The notes beneath the pieces are model-generated. The model was not told the origin of the DNA, searched no databases, and saw only the letters and a list, made by a program, of their open reading frames with translations. A stretch of 64,000 bases of DNA, from NCBI RefSeq assembly GCF_963921235.1, contig NC_086097.1, positions 163,372,001 through 163,436,000 on the forward strand, given 5' to 3'. Every line of letters starts with the position of its first letter. Within the stretch, counting starts at the first letter, position 1. Made by a program: the position numbers and the translations under genes. Positions 48,407 to 61,185 of the stretch are shown in pieces. Source of the DNA: Mobula hypostoma (lineage: Eukaryota).

Positions 48407-48933
48407 ACTGAAGGAAGAGTTAGTAAGAGATTTGAAAGTGAGAGGGGGAGGGGGAGATCCAAAATGATAGGAGAGGACAGGAGGGGGAGGGATGGAGCCA
48501 AGAGCTGGACAGGTGATTCGCAAAGGGGATATGAGAGGATCATGGGTCAGGAGGTCTGGGGAGAAAGATGGGGGGGGGTGGACCAGAGGATGGGCAAGGG
48601 GTATAGTCAGAGGGCCAGAGGGAGAAAAAGGAGAGTGAGAGAGAGATGCCCCACCTCCCCCTCGTACCCTATCTGTTAATTATTTTTATACACACATTCT
48701 TTCTCTCACTCTCCTTTTTCTCCCTCTGTCCCTCTGACTATACCCCTTACCCATCCTCTGGTCCACCCCCCCCCCCATCTTTCTCCCCGGACCTCCTGTC
48801 CCATGATCCTGTCATATCCCCTTTGCCAATCACCTGTCCAGCTCTTGGCTCCATCCCTCCCCCTCCTGTCCTCTCCTATCATTTTGGATCTCCCCCTCTC
48901 ACTTTCAAATCTCTTACTAACTCTTCCTTCAGT

Positions 48934-48971
48934 TAGTCCTGACGAAGGGTCTCGGCTTGAAACGTCGACTG
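48934..48971 (+). ncRNA. Hammerhead ribozyme motif (weakened stem II)
   Basis: UAGUC-CUGACGA-AGGGUCUCGGCUU-GAAACGUC^GACUG. Confidence 0.75.
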
Positions 48972-49391
48972 CGCCTCTTCCTAGAGATGCTGCCTGGCCT
49001 GCTGCGTTCACCAGCAACTTTGATGTGTGTTGCTTGAATTTCCAGCATCTGCAGAATTCCTGTTGTTTGCTTATCTAATTTACTTCCTTTAAAACAAGAT
49101 TCTAATTATAAAAGGTCAAATTTGTGGAAAGAGATCACAAAATCCCCAGTAATATTCCTGGCATCCTGTGCAGCTAAAAAGAGAATCTGACTAATTCTGA
49201 AATGGAAACAATCGTCCTGTCTATAGAATCAACATTCCCTGTATTTTACGGGTAAAGATTGTTTTAGTGGCAGACTAATCAGTGTTTCGCTAGTTAGTGA
49301 GATGATCCCGATCAAGTGATTGGAGTTTATAAATCTTAAGGGCACCTTTGTTATTGGATGGTCAGTGGTGCTTGAAAAATAAATCAATAAA

Positions 49392-50995
49392 ATTCAAAGT
49401 AAATTTATCATCAAAGTACATATATGTCACCATATACAACTGTTAGATTCATTTTCCTGTGGGCATACTCAGTAACTTCAAAACCATAAAACAGTGGAAA
49501 TAACTAATTAATATAGTGAACATGAGAGGTGATTCCACAGGTTGTGGGAACAGTTCAATGATGGGGTGAGTGAGGTGATCCCCTGTGGTTGAAGGCACTG
49601 GTTTGGTGGTGATATCTGTTCCTGAACTTGGTGGTGTGGGTATAGAGGGTCCTGTACCTTTCTGATGAAGCAGCAAGAAGAGACCATAGCTTATGTGCTG
49701 GGGATCCCTGACAATGGATACTCTTTTCCTGAATAACTTTCCATAGATGTGATCAATAGTGGGAAGTGCTTTGACCATGATGGATAGGGCTGTATCCAGT
49801 ACTCTTTGTAGGATTTTTCTGCTCAAGGGCATTGCTGTTTCCATACCAGTTTGTGATGCTGCCAGTCCATATGCTCTCCACCACCCATCTATAGACATTA
49901 GTCAGCATTTTAGATGTTGTGCTGAATCTTTGCAAACTTCTGAGAAAGTAGAGATGCTGCTCTGCTTTCTACAAAATTGCACTTGCGTGCTGGGCCCAGG
50001 ACAGGTCCACTAAAATGATAACACTGACCTTCTCCACCTCTGACCCACTAATGAGGACTGGCTCATGGACCTCCAATAATCAACTCCTTGATCTTGCTTA
50101 CATTGAGGAAGAAGTTGTTGTTATGGCTCCACTCAGCCAAATTTTTAGTTTTCCTCCAATATGCTGATTTGTCCCCACTTTTGATTCTGAGCTCTGCTGA
50201 GCCACACAGTCGTAAGTGTAAAGTGAGTAGACCAGGAGGGTAAGCACACAGCTTAGTGGTGCACTTGTGCTGATGGAGATTATGGAAGAGATGTTGCCAG
50301 TCCGAACTGACTGGAGTCTGCAAGTGGGGAAAGCCAGGATCCAATTGCACAAGGATGCATTGAGGCCAAGGTCTTGAAGCTTATTGATTAGTTTTGAGGA
50401 GATGATGGTATTAAATGTTAAGCTGCAGTGAATAAAGAATGCATCTTTGCTGTCCAGAACTTCCAATGTTGAGTGAAGTATCAGTGAAATGGAATCTGCT
50501 GTGGACCTGTTGTGCCTGTAGACAAATTGGAATGGATCTCAGTTGCTTCTCAAGTAGGACTTGATAGGTTTCATCACCAACCAATCACTGAGGATTGGAA
50601 GTGCTACTAGATGATAGCCTTTGAGGCAAGTTACCACATGCTTCTTGGACACTAGTATAATTGAAGACTGCTTGAAGCAGGTGGGTTCCTCAGACTGCTT
50701 CAACTAGAGGTTATAGATCTCAGTGAACACCTCAGCACAGGTCTTTAGTACTCAGCCAGGCTCCCCATCTGGGCTGGATGCTTCCTGTGGCTTCACCCTC
50801 CTGAAGGATGCTCTCATGTCAGCCCCAGAGACTGAAATCGGGGCTGTGGGACTTTGTAATGGTTCCTTCATGTTTTAATGGTCAAAGCGAGCATAAAAGG
50901 CATTGAGCACATCTGAAAGTGAAGCCCTGTTGTCACTTAGCTTGATTTCACTATGTAAGAAGTGAAAGAATTCCAGCCCTGCCACAGCTGTCTTG
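49392..50995 (-). mobile_element. Rex1/Babar LINE fragment
   Basis: 'FNTIISSKLINKLQDLGLNASLCNWIL', 'SAPLSCVL', 'LTNVYRWVVESI.TGSITNWYG', 'LNAFYARFD'. Confidence 0.9.
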
Positions 50996-51479
50996 GATCC
51001 TTTGTTGATACATACTAAGATACTTGACTTCAAATCCATAACCCAGAAAATGCCCCTATCAACATAAATGGATGGACACTTCTGTGGTTTGACTCTTCTG
51101 TTTATTAATGCAGTCATTAACCCAATTAAAATGCCGTATGTATCATTGTTATATCATATTGTGGAAGGTTCCACTGCTAATAATAACACCAGTAAATTTA
51201 CTGATGTGATTAAACTGTATCTATCTAATTTAATCATCAGAACACTTATCCACAATCATTTCTTGCAAGAGTAATAATTTAATAACCAATTTTAAAGGCA
51301 TGAACATATTTTTAAATAACATCTATTGATCGTTGGCTCTTTATTCATGATTATATTTCTTTGGAGTATTCTTTCTAGAGGTTAAAAAGAACCAAAGATT
51401 GTTTTAGCAGCCAATTCCACCGCCCCCCCCCCCCCCACCCCAACTGAGGACTCTGTAGGGGCAGTTCTGGTGCTGGGGC

Positions 51480-51805
51480 AGGGAGTGGTACAGTGAGCAG
51501 AAATAAATAAAATATTTGTGCTTCATAGTTCTAGAGACCCAGGTTCAATCTGGACTTTGGGACCTGTCAGTGTGGAGTTTGTCAGTTCTGCCTGTGACTG
51601 TGTGGGTTTCCTCTGAACACTCTGGTTTCTTCCCACAGTAAGTTAATTGCCAATGTGTGTTGTCCCAAGTGTGTAGATAAGTAGGAGGCATTAATGTTAA
51701 TATAAGGAGACTGGGCTGCTTGGGAAATTCGTGTGAGAATGGAATTGCTCTGTGAGCCAGCGTACACCTGATGGGCTAACTGGCCTCTATGTCTTAAGGA
51801 AATAC
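51480..51805 (+). mobile_element. V-SINE (HE1-like)
   Basis: 'gacccaggttcaatc...tgtggagtttg...gtgactgtgtgggtttcctctgaacactctggtttcttcccaca'. Confidence 0.8.
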
Positions 51806-54544
51806 AGATGGGAAGATGCACTTGGTGGAAGATGACTCAAGCATCAGACAGATGCTGCCCTCCACAGTAGGGACACAGTTCATTGTCTAGCAGGAGTCAC
51901 TGATTCATGATTGCTGACTGAGTTTCCTGGCCTTGGCTGAGGAGAGGTCATGATGCAGCCGTTGAAATCCGCAAATTCAACATGAGCTGGGGATTAAACC
52001 CAAATGGTTGCCTTGCATTTACACCAAACTGCACCTTCGCCGTGCGGAATCACCAGTGTTTTTCTGATTTTACTTATGCCACTAAGCTGCTTAACAAGGT
52101 CTCCATGATTTTAAAATGCCTGAAATGTCAGTAGAGCAGAGGGAGGATGCTCTGCATGTGATCTTAGTTGGCAGGATCCAATGCCCTTCACAGTTGGAGT
52201 GTGACCTCCTTTCTTGAAAGGGGTTGGTCCCATGCCAATGTTGACCAGTTGTCAGTAACTTCTTTCAGCACTTGTCAAATTGAGAGTGTGAAAGAACAAA
52301 GACTGGAGGTGAACTGAATATTTAAGATTAGTCTTCAGCTGTATATGTTGAAAAGCAAATTGGACTTCATGCTGTTTGAAACTGAGAGTAAGAGAAAGCC
52401 TGCATAACTTCTCATGGAGCAAGTGTATTTTAATCAGACAAGGAGAGTTAAATAATAAATTACAAGATTTAGCCTGGTGCTAATCTTCATAGACAACAGC
52501 CAAAAATTAAGAATACAATATCTTAGATTTCATACTGTAATTTTTAAAAATTTAAAATGCAGTAGTAAAGTTGGCAGAACATTGGATTGTGTGACAAACT
52601 AGGTTGGGTTGTTGGTCTTGCTGTGTGTCAGAAGGAGATGCAAGTGTTTTCAGAAAACGTAAGTCATCTGCTGAATGGAGAAATGATATGAAGTTAAAAC
52701 TTGTTACAAACAGAAGCTGGTCAACCTTTATTTCTTCTTTAGTCTTCATATTCTCATGCCACTCAATATTCCTGTTTTGTGACAAAGAGTCAATGACATT
52801 TTAGCTGAGATTTGGGGTGTAGTAGCATGAGGAGTTGAACTTAAATGTCACCACTATATTGTGCCATCAGAGTTCAAATTAATTCTAGAAGTACAAGTAT
52901 CTGACTATATACTACCTTGAGATTCATCAACATTCCATAGAATATTAAATAGTTGCATAATCCACTTCCCTTGCTGTTGTGCAAAGTGAGAATTAATCTA
53001 ACAACCAAACATGCAGACTTTTACCGTCACAACTTAACTAAAAGGACACAATGAAAAGATGCCGAAGCCGTGGGTATCCCTGTGACATCTGTCATTGCTC
53101 TTCACAGTAGTAGTTCTTTAATGAAATTTATGCATAATTGGAATCTTTCCATTTTGCATCACCACTGAGAGTTGTGGATTCTCACAGCCCGTGTTTAGTG
53201 CTTGGTTGAGAAATCAATCAAACTGATGAAAGGAAGATGGGCAAGGGATTATTTTGTAAATACTTCAGCACAACTGAGACATCAGATTAGATTATCTCTA
53301 TATTGCAATAATTGAATGATTTTTTTTGCTACAATATCCAAGACCCAGCCAGTTCCTGAATTTGGCCAGAGAGTCAAGGAGAAGCATTTATTCATCACCA
53401 AGACCTCATTTTTTCCAATCTGTGCAACATTGCCTGTGCTGGCCCAATACATTCTCATACTAAATGTTCCAACTGGCTGCTGATCCTTCACACGCTCAAG
53501 TTTTGCTGAATGTAATTACCCAGATCTTTTCCAATACTAAGTAACATCCAATCAGTCTTTCATCTTTGCTAAATTTCACTCTCTGTACCGAAATACATTA
53601 GCACCACGTCTGCTGTGCCCAGATGCACAATGTTCTCCAGCAGTACTTGCCCTTTCACATTATGGCTCTCCAATTCCACCAATGTAGGTTTCCTCTCCTG
53701 AACAAACTGCTCTCTCATTGTTTCGCATTGGCTTGCTTATGTCCCTTTCTCAATCTGTTTCTTTAATATTTCTTTAAAATGTCTTGCTGATAGTCAGTAC
53801 TCGTGCTCTGAGTTATCTGATTTGTCTTAACCCATCTCCAAATGGGAGTCTTTCACTTCACTCCTGCCACCAGCTCTGCTGTGCTCTCCATTCTCTCCCC
53901 TAGTTCTGGGGAAGGGTTGCTGTCTCGAAGCATTGACTCTTTCCACAGAGGAGTTTGACTAGCTTGGCTCTTCCAGTGTTTTCTTTTTCTTTTTCAGATT
54001 CTAGCATCTACAGTTTTATTTGTTTTTACCCCAAGTGTCCTCTTTAGACACTCTTGCATAACCTTAAATTCCCTTTTAAAATATTAAATCTTACTTAGTT
54101 TTTTCTCTTTGCAGGTCTCTTGGGCTATTTTCTCCTTAACAACCTCCATTATAAAATATACTGGACTTTTGTTTTACATTAATAGTATCTATAACTGCAA
54201 CTAACGCTTTTCCATACTTCTGTACAAACAATATGCTGTCATAGCAGCCATACTATACATATGTAACAATAGCTTGACATCCTGTTTTCTCTGCTACCAG
54301 CTCCTATAGATATCTGCCCATTGTCTGTTGCATAGTTACATCTTCCTTTTGCATCATACCAACTTAGCTTCTATGTGCTGATGGAACTTGTTAAGTTATC
54401 TTTATCTAAAGATCTAGGGAATGCAAGTCTTATAATAACAGGCATCCTGTCATGAGAGCTTCTGTTATGTACACAGCCATTCCCTCTCAAATAGTAGTTG
54501 CTCCTTTGCCCAAGCATGTACTTGCACAACCAATACCAAGAATA

Positions 54545-56097
54545 TTACAAAGGAAAAAGTGCTAGGCAAACTGAAAGGTCTTAAATTGGATAAGTCACCT
54601 GGCCCAGATGGACCATATCCCAGAATCCTGAGAGAGGTTGCTGAAGAGATAATGGATGCATTGGTCATGACCTTTCAAGAATCACTTGATTCTGGTATGG
54701 TCCCGGAGGATTGGAAGTTTGCAAATGTCACTCCACTCTTTAAGGGAGGAAGGCAAAAGAAAGGAAATGATAGGCCTCAGTGGTTGGGAAAGTGTTAGAG
54801 TCTATTATTGAGGGAGGTTTCGGGCTACTTAGAGACTAATGATAAAGCAAGTCAAAGTCACCTTGGTTTCTCTAAAGGGAAATCTTGCCTTACAAATCTG
54901 TTAAGAGTTCTTCGGGGATGTAACAAGCAGGGTGGACTTGGATCTCCTTGGATCTTCAGAAGGTGTTCGATAAGATGAAAAACATGAGGCTGTTTAACAA
55001 GATAAAATCCTATGGCATTACAGGAAAGATCCTGGCATGGATAACGGATTGGCAGACAGTCAGAAAGCAGCGAGTGGGAATAAAAGGGGCCTTTTTATGG
55101 TTGGCTGCTGGTAACTAGTGGTGTTCCTCAGGGGTTAATATTGGGACCGTTACTTTTTCACATTGTTTGTCAGTGATTTGGATAATAGAATTGATGGCTT
55201 TGTGGCAAAGTTTGCAGATGATAGGAAGATAAGTGGAGGGGTAGGTGGTGCTGAGGAAGCAATGCAATTGTAGCAGGACTTGGACAAACTGGAAGAATGG
55301 GCAAAAAAAAGTGGCAGATGGAGTACTGTGTTGGGAAATGTATGATGCATTTTGGTAAAAGGAACAGTGATGCAGACTATTATCTAAATGGGAGAAGGTT
55401 CAAACATCCAAGGTGTAGAGGGACTTGGGAGTCCTTGTGAAAGACTCCCAGAAGGTTAATTTAAAAGCTGTGTTTGTGGTAAAGAAGGAAAATGCCATTT
55501 ATTTCAAGGGGAATAGAGTATGAAAGCAAGGAGACAATGCCAAGCCTTTATAAGGCACTAGTCAGGCTGCACTTGGAATATTTTCAACAGTTTTGGGCCC
55601 CAAATCACAGAAAGGGTGTGTTGCCATTGGAGAAAATCCAGAGGAGGTTCATGAGGATGATTCTGGGAATGAAGGGGTTAACATGTGAGGAGTGTTTGGC
55701 AGCTTTGGGCCTGTACACGCTGGAATTTATAAGAATGCGGGGGGGAGTGGGATCTCATTCAAACTTACCGAATGTTAGAAGGACTAGAAAAGGTGGCCGT
55801 GGAGAGGATGTTTCCTATGGTGGGGGCGTCCAGGACTAGAGGGCACAGACTCAAAACAGAGGTAAGGAGGTAGTTTTTAGCAAGAGAGTAGTGAATATGT
55901 GGACTGTGGTGGAGGTTAAATCCATGGATGTTTTTAAGGCAGAAGTAGATAGTTTCCTGATTGGTCAGGGCATCAAAGAGTATGGCAAAAAGGCAGGTGT
56001 ATAGGGTTGAGTGGGATCCAGGATCAGCTGTGATAGAATGCTGGAGTAGACGATGGGCTGAATGGCTTAATTCTACTCTTGTGTCTTTTGGTCTTAT
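54545..56097 (+). mobile_element. CR1 LINE, 5'-truncated, degenerate
   Basis: 'DKSPGPDGPYPRILRE...VPEDWKFANVTPLFK', 'KFADD', 'LYKALVRLHLEY'. Confidence 0.93.
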
Positions 56098-56479
56098 CCT
56101 AGTTTCAATTTTGTTTCTTCACCATCATGGCTGGTTTTGCAGCATTAAGTGCAGAAGCTGAGAACATTTTGCACCCTCAGCTAATGAATGCATCTGTAGA
56201 ACCCCTGCACCAGAAGATAAGTGGAAGATAATATCACTATTCATAAAACATAATCCCTTGAAACCTGTTAACATAAACACAGTACTTAAAATTAATATTG
56301 TTGCATTTTTAATCAGGAATGATAATTTAAATAATTATTGATGGATGCTCAACATCCATTAAGTCACTAAAAATGTTAATTCAACAATATTTTATTGCCG
56401 TATTGAGTAAATTTGAAAAATAATTTGTCAGGTATGAAGTACTTTGTGGTATGACAAATATGTAAAAAAGGGCATTATA

Positions 56480-57040
56480 TAAATCTCAGCAAGTCAGACA
56501 GCATCTGTGAAGAAAATAGTTAATTTTTCAGGTCAATGACTGTTCTTTAGAACAAAATTGACATTTAATGTCAATGACCTTTCATGAGTTCTGAAATACT
56601 CAGTTCCTCTCTCTACAACTGCTGCCTGATCTACAGTGTTTGTCATTTTTTCTTTTTGTTTCATATTTTCAGGATTTGTGATTTCTTGCTTTCCCACTAT
56701 ATAAATGCATTTTTATGTCCGATTTATTGATACAGTTTTTGCAGTCATTGCTCTTCCACAGATTTAATTTCTTCTGCAACGAGCAGTCTGTTGGAGGAAC
56801 TCTGGGTCAAGCAGCGGCTGTGGGAGGAGAAAATAACGAATTGCCTTCAACTCCTTTGTGTGTTGCCCCAGATTCCCAGCATCTGCAGTCTCTTGTCTCC
56901 TGTTCATACTTCAGAACCTGATGGGGGTTTTCAAACCAAAATGCCATCAATTTCTTCCCTGCCTCCGACGTTGCTTGACTCACTAATTCCTCCAGCAGAT
57001 CGTTGCCCCAGATTCCAGCATCTGCAGTCTCTAGTGTCTC
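56480..57040. mobile_element. Cluster of decayed PLE-derived fold-back elements
   Basis: 56480-56690 ('cagcatctgtg' / 'ctgctgcctga') and 56775-57040 (two copies of 'gttgccccagattcc.agcatctgcagtctc'). Confidence 0.6.
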
Positions 57041-57619
57041 CAATTCCTTTTTCTGTTCCCCATTTTCTGAAAATAAGGCTTTCTTGTTGTTCTCTCCTTG
57101 CATTCTCAACATATTGAGACCAAGACTAACAGGTGTCTCATCTCTGGCTTAGTGGTAGTGGTAGTATGGTTGTCTGTCATCTGAAGGCTGGTACCTGATC
57201 GATGAGACTCAAGTACAGCACTGAGAAGATGAGATATAATCATAGTCCTGTCCTATTGTAATACTTCAAGAGAATCCAGACAAGGTATTAGAGACACAAT
57301 TATAAACTGTTTCCCTTTCATTTTAGCAATACCATTTTAAAAACAATGTGTAATTACATCATTGTAATTTGTGGGACACAGATTTGTACAAAATGTTGCA
57401 TTCTTGTCCAACATACTTATTACACTCTTGTTTAAATGATCTTGTGATGTGAAAAAGCTATATATCAATGCAAGCAAGCTCTTTAACTGTTTGCTTATTT
57501 AAAAGAAAGCTCAACGTTCCCACTGCCTTGGACCTTCTTTTGGGGAATGAGTCTGGTGGGCCTGTTGATTGAAGTTTCAGTGGTAAACATTTTAGGAACA
57601 GTGACTGGTCCTCATCAGA

Positions 57620-59645
57620 AACTGTTGCTTGGGGGAAGGTTATGACAGTATTAGCCGGGAACTGGAGAATGTATGCAGATTGGGTATGGCTGTCTAAGGG
57701 TAAATTCACATCTGATCTGTGGGATTCTTTTAAAGGCCAGTTGATTTGAGTTCAGGATTAAGCATGTTCCCATGGGGATGAATGACAGGGATGACAAGGT
57801 TCAGTAACCCTAGGTGACCTGAGATATTGTAAGTTTAGTCAAAAATGAAAGTTACATGTGTTTAGAAAGCTGAACTCAAACACTGAGGACAGAAAAGAAG
57901 CAGGAAAGAACTTTTTTTTTAAAAAAAGGAAATTAATGTGCCTAAAAGGGGCCATGAAATGTCCTTGACAAGTAAGGTGAAAGAGAATCCTCAAGCATCT
58001 TACATTTATAGTAAGAGGTATCTAGGGCAGGGTGGCTCCACTCAAGGACAAAGGAAGGAAAGTAAAAGGGAGCCAGAGGAAGTGGGTGAGGTCCTTAATG
58101 GGAACTTTGCATCAGTCTTAATCTAGAAGGAAGTTCATGACGATGAGTATGTTGATATTCTTAGGCATGTTGATATTAAGGAGTGGTGTTGAGAATCTTG
58201 AGAAACATTACAATGTATAAGACCCCAGGACCTGATGGGGACCTGACAGGATTTGTCTTGGGATACTGAGAGGTATAAAGGAGGGACATTGAGAATAAAA
58301 GTTAGGAATTGTCCTGCAATTGTGTAAAACCTTAGTTGGACCACATTTGGAGCATTGCTTGCAGATCTGGATGAAACACTGTAGGAAGCATATGGGGTCT
58401 TTGGCGAGGGTACAGAAAATGTTCACCAGTGTGTTGTCTGTTTTTGGAGTATGTTAGCTGTAAGGAGAGGTTGGACAACCTTGAAAATGGTCTCTCTGAA
58501 GTGTCTGAGTCTGAGGGGTGTTGTAACTGTGAACTGGATCACTGGAGAGACACAGAACCCGGTGATATAAAAGTCTTTATTCATCACAGTGAGTAGGCAT
58601 TCTCCTGGAGATCCCCTCAGTATAGTGTCTCCCCAGTTCAAAGTATATTACATTTTTATACTCTTAAAATCAAGACAACAGCAGGCGAATCAATACAATT
58701 TCAACAGATGCAATGATATTACTCAATACTTTGGGTTTTAATGATATTTCCATTGAATCACAGTGGGAAACATCCCTGAATGTTTAACAACTTTTGCTTG
58801 GGACAAGGTAATGCAGAAAGATGGTCTAAAAGCCTCTGAGAACAGAAAACACAAAAACCAAGGTTTAGGTTGTGAGGGCATACACGAATATCCCAACTAT
58901 TGATAGACAAATACACCTGTGACCGGTGCCAAAATCATTCTGGTCTGCAAGCTCCCTTGACTTAGTCACAATGGTGCAAAATAGCGTGGTGTTGCTAGTT
59001 CTGGGGTAGGCCAATTACATAAACCCATCATCTTTCCTTTGGCTGTTGTATACGATTATCTCATGCCACTTCACTTTGCAAACCATTATCACTTGAGCAG
59101 CCAGCCTCTACTGTGTTTTGTAGAGAGAGGTGTTTACAAAACTGTCCTTTCAACTTCAAGCTGATTACTGCTTACAATTTATATTAAGAATTGAAGACTG
59201 GTTCTGGTTTGAATTAATATTTGCTACTTTCACAGAATTCTATAACTGCTGAATCCCAAACGACGTGTCACCTGATAGAAGTATAGACAGTTAGTAAAGG
59301 CACAGAAAGGATAAATAATTAGTCTTGTTCCCGGAGTGGAAATGCAAATACTAGAGGGCATAGGTGTAAGGTGAAATGAGAATATTTTAAGTAAATGTGT
59401 GATGCAAGTTTTGCTTTTAACAGTCAGCTGTTTGTGCCTGGAAAATGCTGCCAGGGAAAGAGATAGTAGAAGATAGGATAATAATGTTTAGGAGACACGT
59501 CGATAGACACATGAACAGGTGGAGAACAGAGGGCCGCAGACCATAGACAGGCAGATGGATTAGTTTATATTAGATTCAATGGTTGGCACAGAAATTGTTG
59601 GCTGAATTGCCTGTTCATATGCTATACTTTTTTATATTATGTTTG
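57620..59645 (+). mobile_element. Degenerate CR1 with internal deletions, interrupted by 58519-59270
   Basis: 'KVKENPQA...EVGEVLNGNFASV'; 'ctgagggg' resumes as 'cctgatagaagtata' after the insertion. Confidence 0.8.
58519..59270 (-). mobile_element. Probable solo LTR
   Basis: TG...CA termini; AATAAA about 60 nt from the minus-strand 3' end; cleanly interrupts a CR1; related piece at 15788-15943; no clear TSD. Confidence 0.6.
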
Positions 59646-60289
59646 TTTCTTTAGAATTCTATCTCTCCAACAATCTGCAGGCTGCTAGATTTAAGCCTTG
59701 CTTTATCTAAACACTGCATCTTGATATGCAAAGTTTTCCACTCTATGCTCTTTAGATCAGTGGTCAACTTCTCAATGGCTGGACAGAGGTTGTGCCCTCC
59801 CTAATTGGTGCACATTCAAAACTGGACATGTGTTCATAACTTGATACACATATTAGAAGTCAGTGGCTGCTTAAAGTTGGTGGCTAGTTTTAAAACTGGC
59901 ACATTCTGTTATGTAAATTCTGTATGTTTTCAATTGCAGGGGTGAGTGATCACAAGTTTCAGGGTAAATGTCTAATAAATCTCTGGGGAACCCAAGATTG
60001 ACATGTATGGAACTGACTTTAAAAGCATTTGATTGAATATTGCTTCAGTCTCTGAATAGCTGTCAGATTGGATTTATTACTGCTGGTTCCATTGCAGAGA
60101 CATACAATTCAATTCTAGGGGATTTTTATTCTCTTCAGGTACATCTCCAATGTCATAATCTCTGAGGTAGCAGTTTTGATATAGTTAATACAGCACAGGG
60201 TCAAACTACTTTAAATCCTTAAAATGCTGTACACATAGGTTAAAATAGCTTGCTTTGCACTTTTGGTTATAAAGACCTCAACAGGAACT

Positions 60290-60512
60290 TGAGAAAATTG
60301 GAGCAGGAGTAGGCCACCTTGCCCCTGGAACCTGCTTCGTTACCCAAAATTATCATGGTCGATCTGTCCTGGGCTTAAACCTCAATTCTATGCCAGTGCT
60401 CCTGGAAATTGGTTTCAAAATGTATCCATCCTCAATTTAAATTACTGCATTTAACTAACCTCTCCAACTCTTCATGCAGGTTTTTTTTCTAAGATCCACC
60501 ACCTTACTACAA
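60290..60512 (-). mobile_element. Old CR1 3' end
   Basis: 'ggagcaggagtaggccac...atcatggtcgatct' resembles other minus-strand CR1 tails. Confidence 0.6.
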
Positions 60513-61185
60513 GTAAACAAAAATAAATTGCTTAAGAACATGGTTATGGTCCTATCTGAGGTGGGTTTGCTGTCAGGTGAGCTCACTCTCTGGAAACAAG
60601 ATCAGGAAAGTAACTGAGGCCTTTCACAATTTGCTTGCCTCCTTGGCATTGTCTCTTCTTATTTTTCTGTCCTTTTTCAGTCCTTTCTGTTGTTCTAACA
60701 CTGGGCCCTTGGGAGATTCCCGATTTTAATTGTTCAACCCCATGTGATATACCTTCAGCTGTTTAGGACTTAAGGGTAGGAATTTCCTCTTTATGCAGTC
60801 TGCCTTCAATACCTCTCTCTTCCTTTAGAGTTCTAGTTAAATTCCTTTTTGATATTTCCTCACGTATTAATGCCAGATATTTTTTTAACATTCCTGTGAA
60901 GCACCATGCTGATCAAGGCAGTGCATATATAGAAGTCATGGTCCTGGTATAGAATCACTGCTGTAGCAAAGGTACAGCTGAGGCACCAAGTGTTTCTGAG
61001 AATGTATCTTGTGCCCAGCAAAAGCAAATCTATGTAAAATGCACGGCTAAAGCTTCCTTTCTGTTGCACAGTAATTTTAAAAAAAAACCACAGCCAAAGC
61101 AAAAATGTACTCTGCGGTCGGTTTGAACATTATAGAAGTTTCATATTGACATCCTTTTATGTAGAGGAAGCTCAAGCCCTCTCAG

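Larger units (their letters stand above)
48316..49069. mobile_element. Inverted dimer of the PLE 3' region with a 14-bp target-site duplication
   Basis: Left arm 48316-48645 (minus sense), right arm 48646-49069 (plus sense); CTTATCTAATTTAC at 48302-48315 and 49070-49083. Confidence 0.95.

Noticed and set aside
60139..60168. Good polypyrimidine/AG acceptor followed by a short segment and 'gtagca'
   Set aside because: Poor donor and no supporting neighbouring exons.
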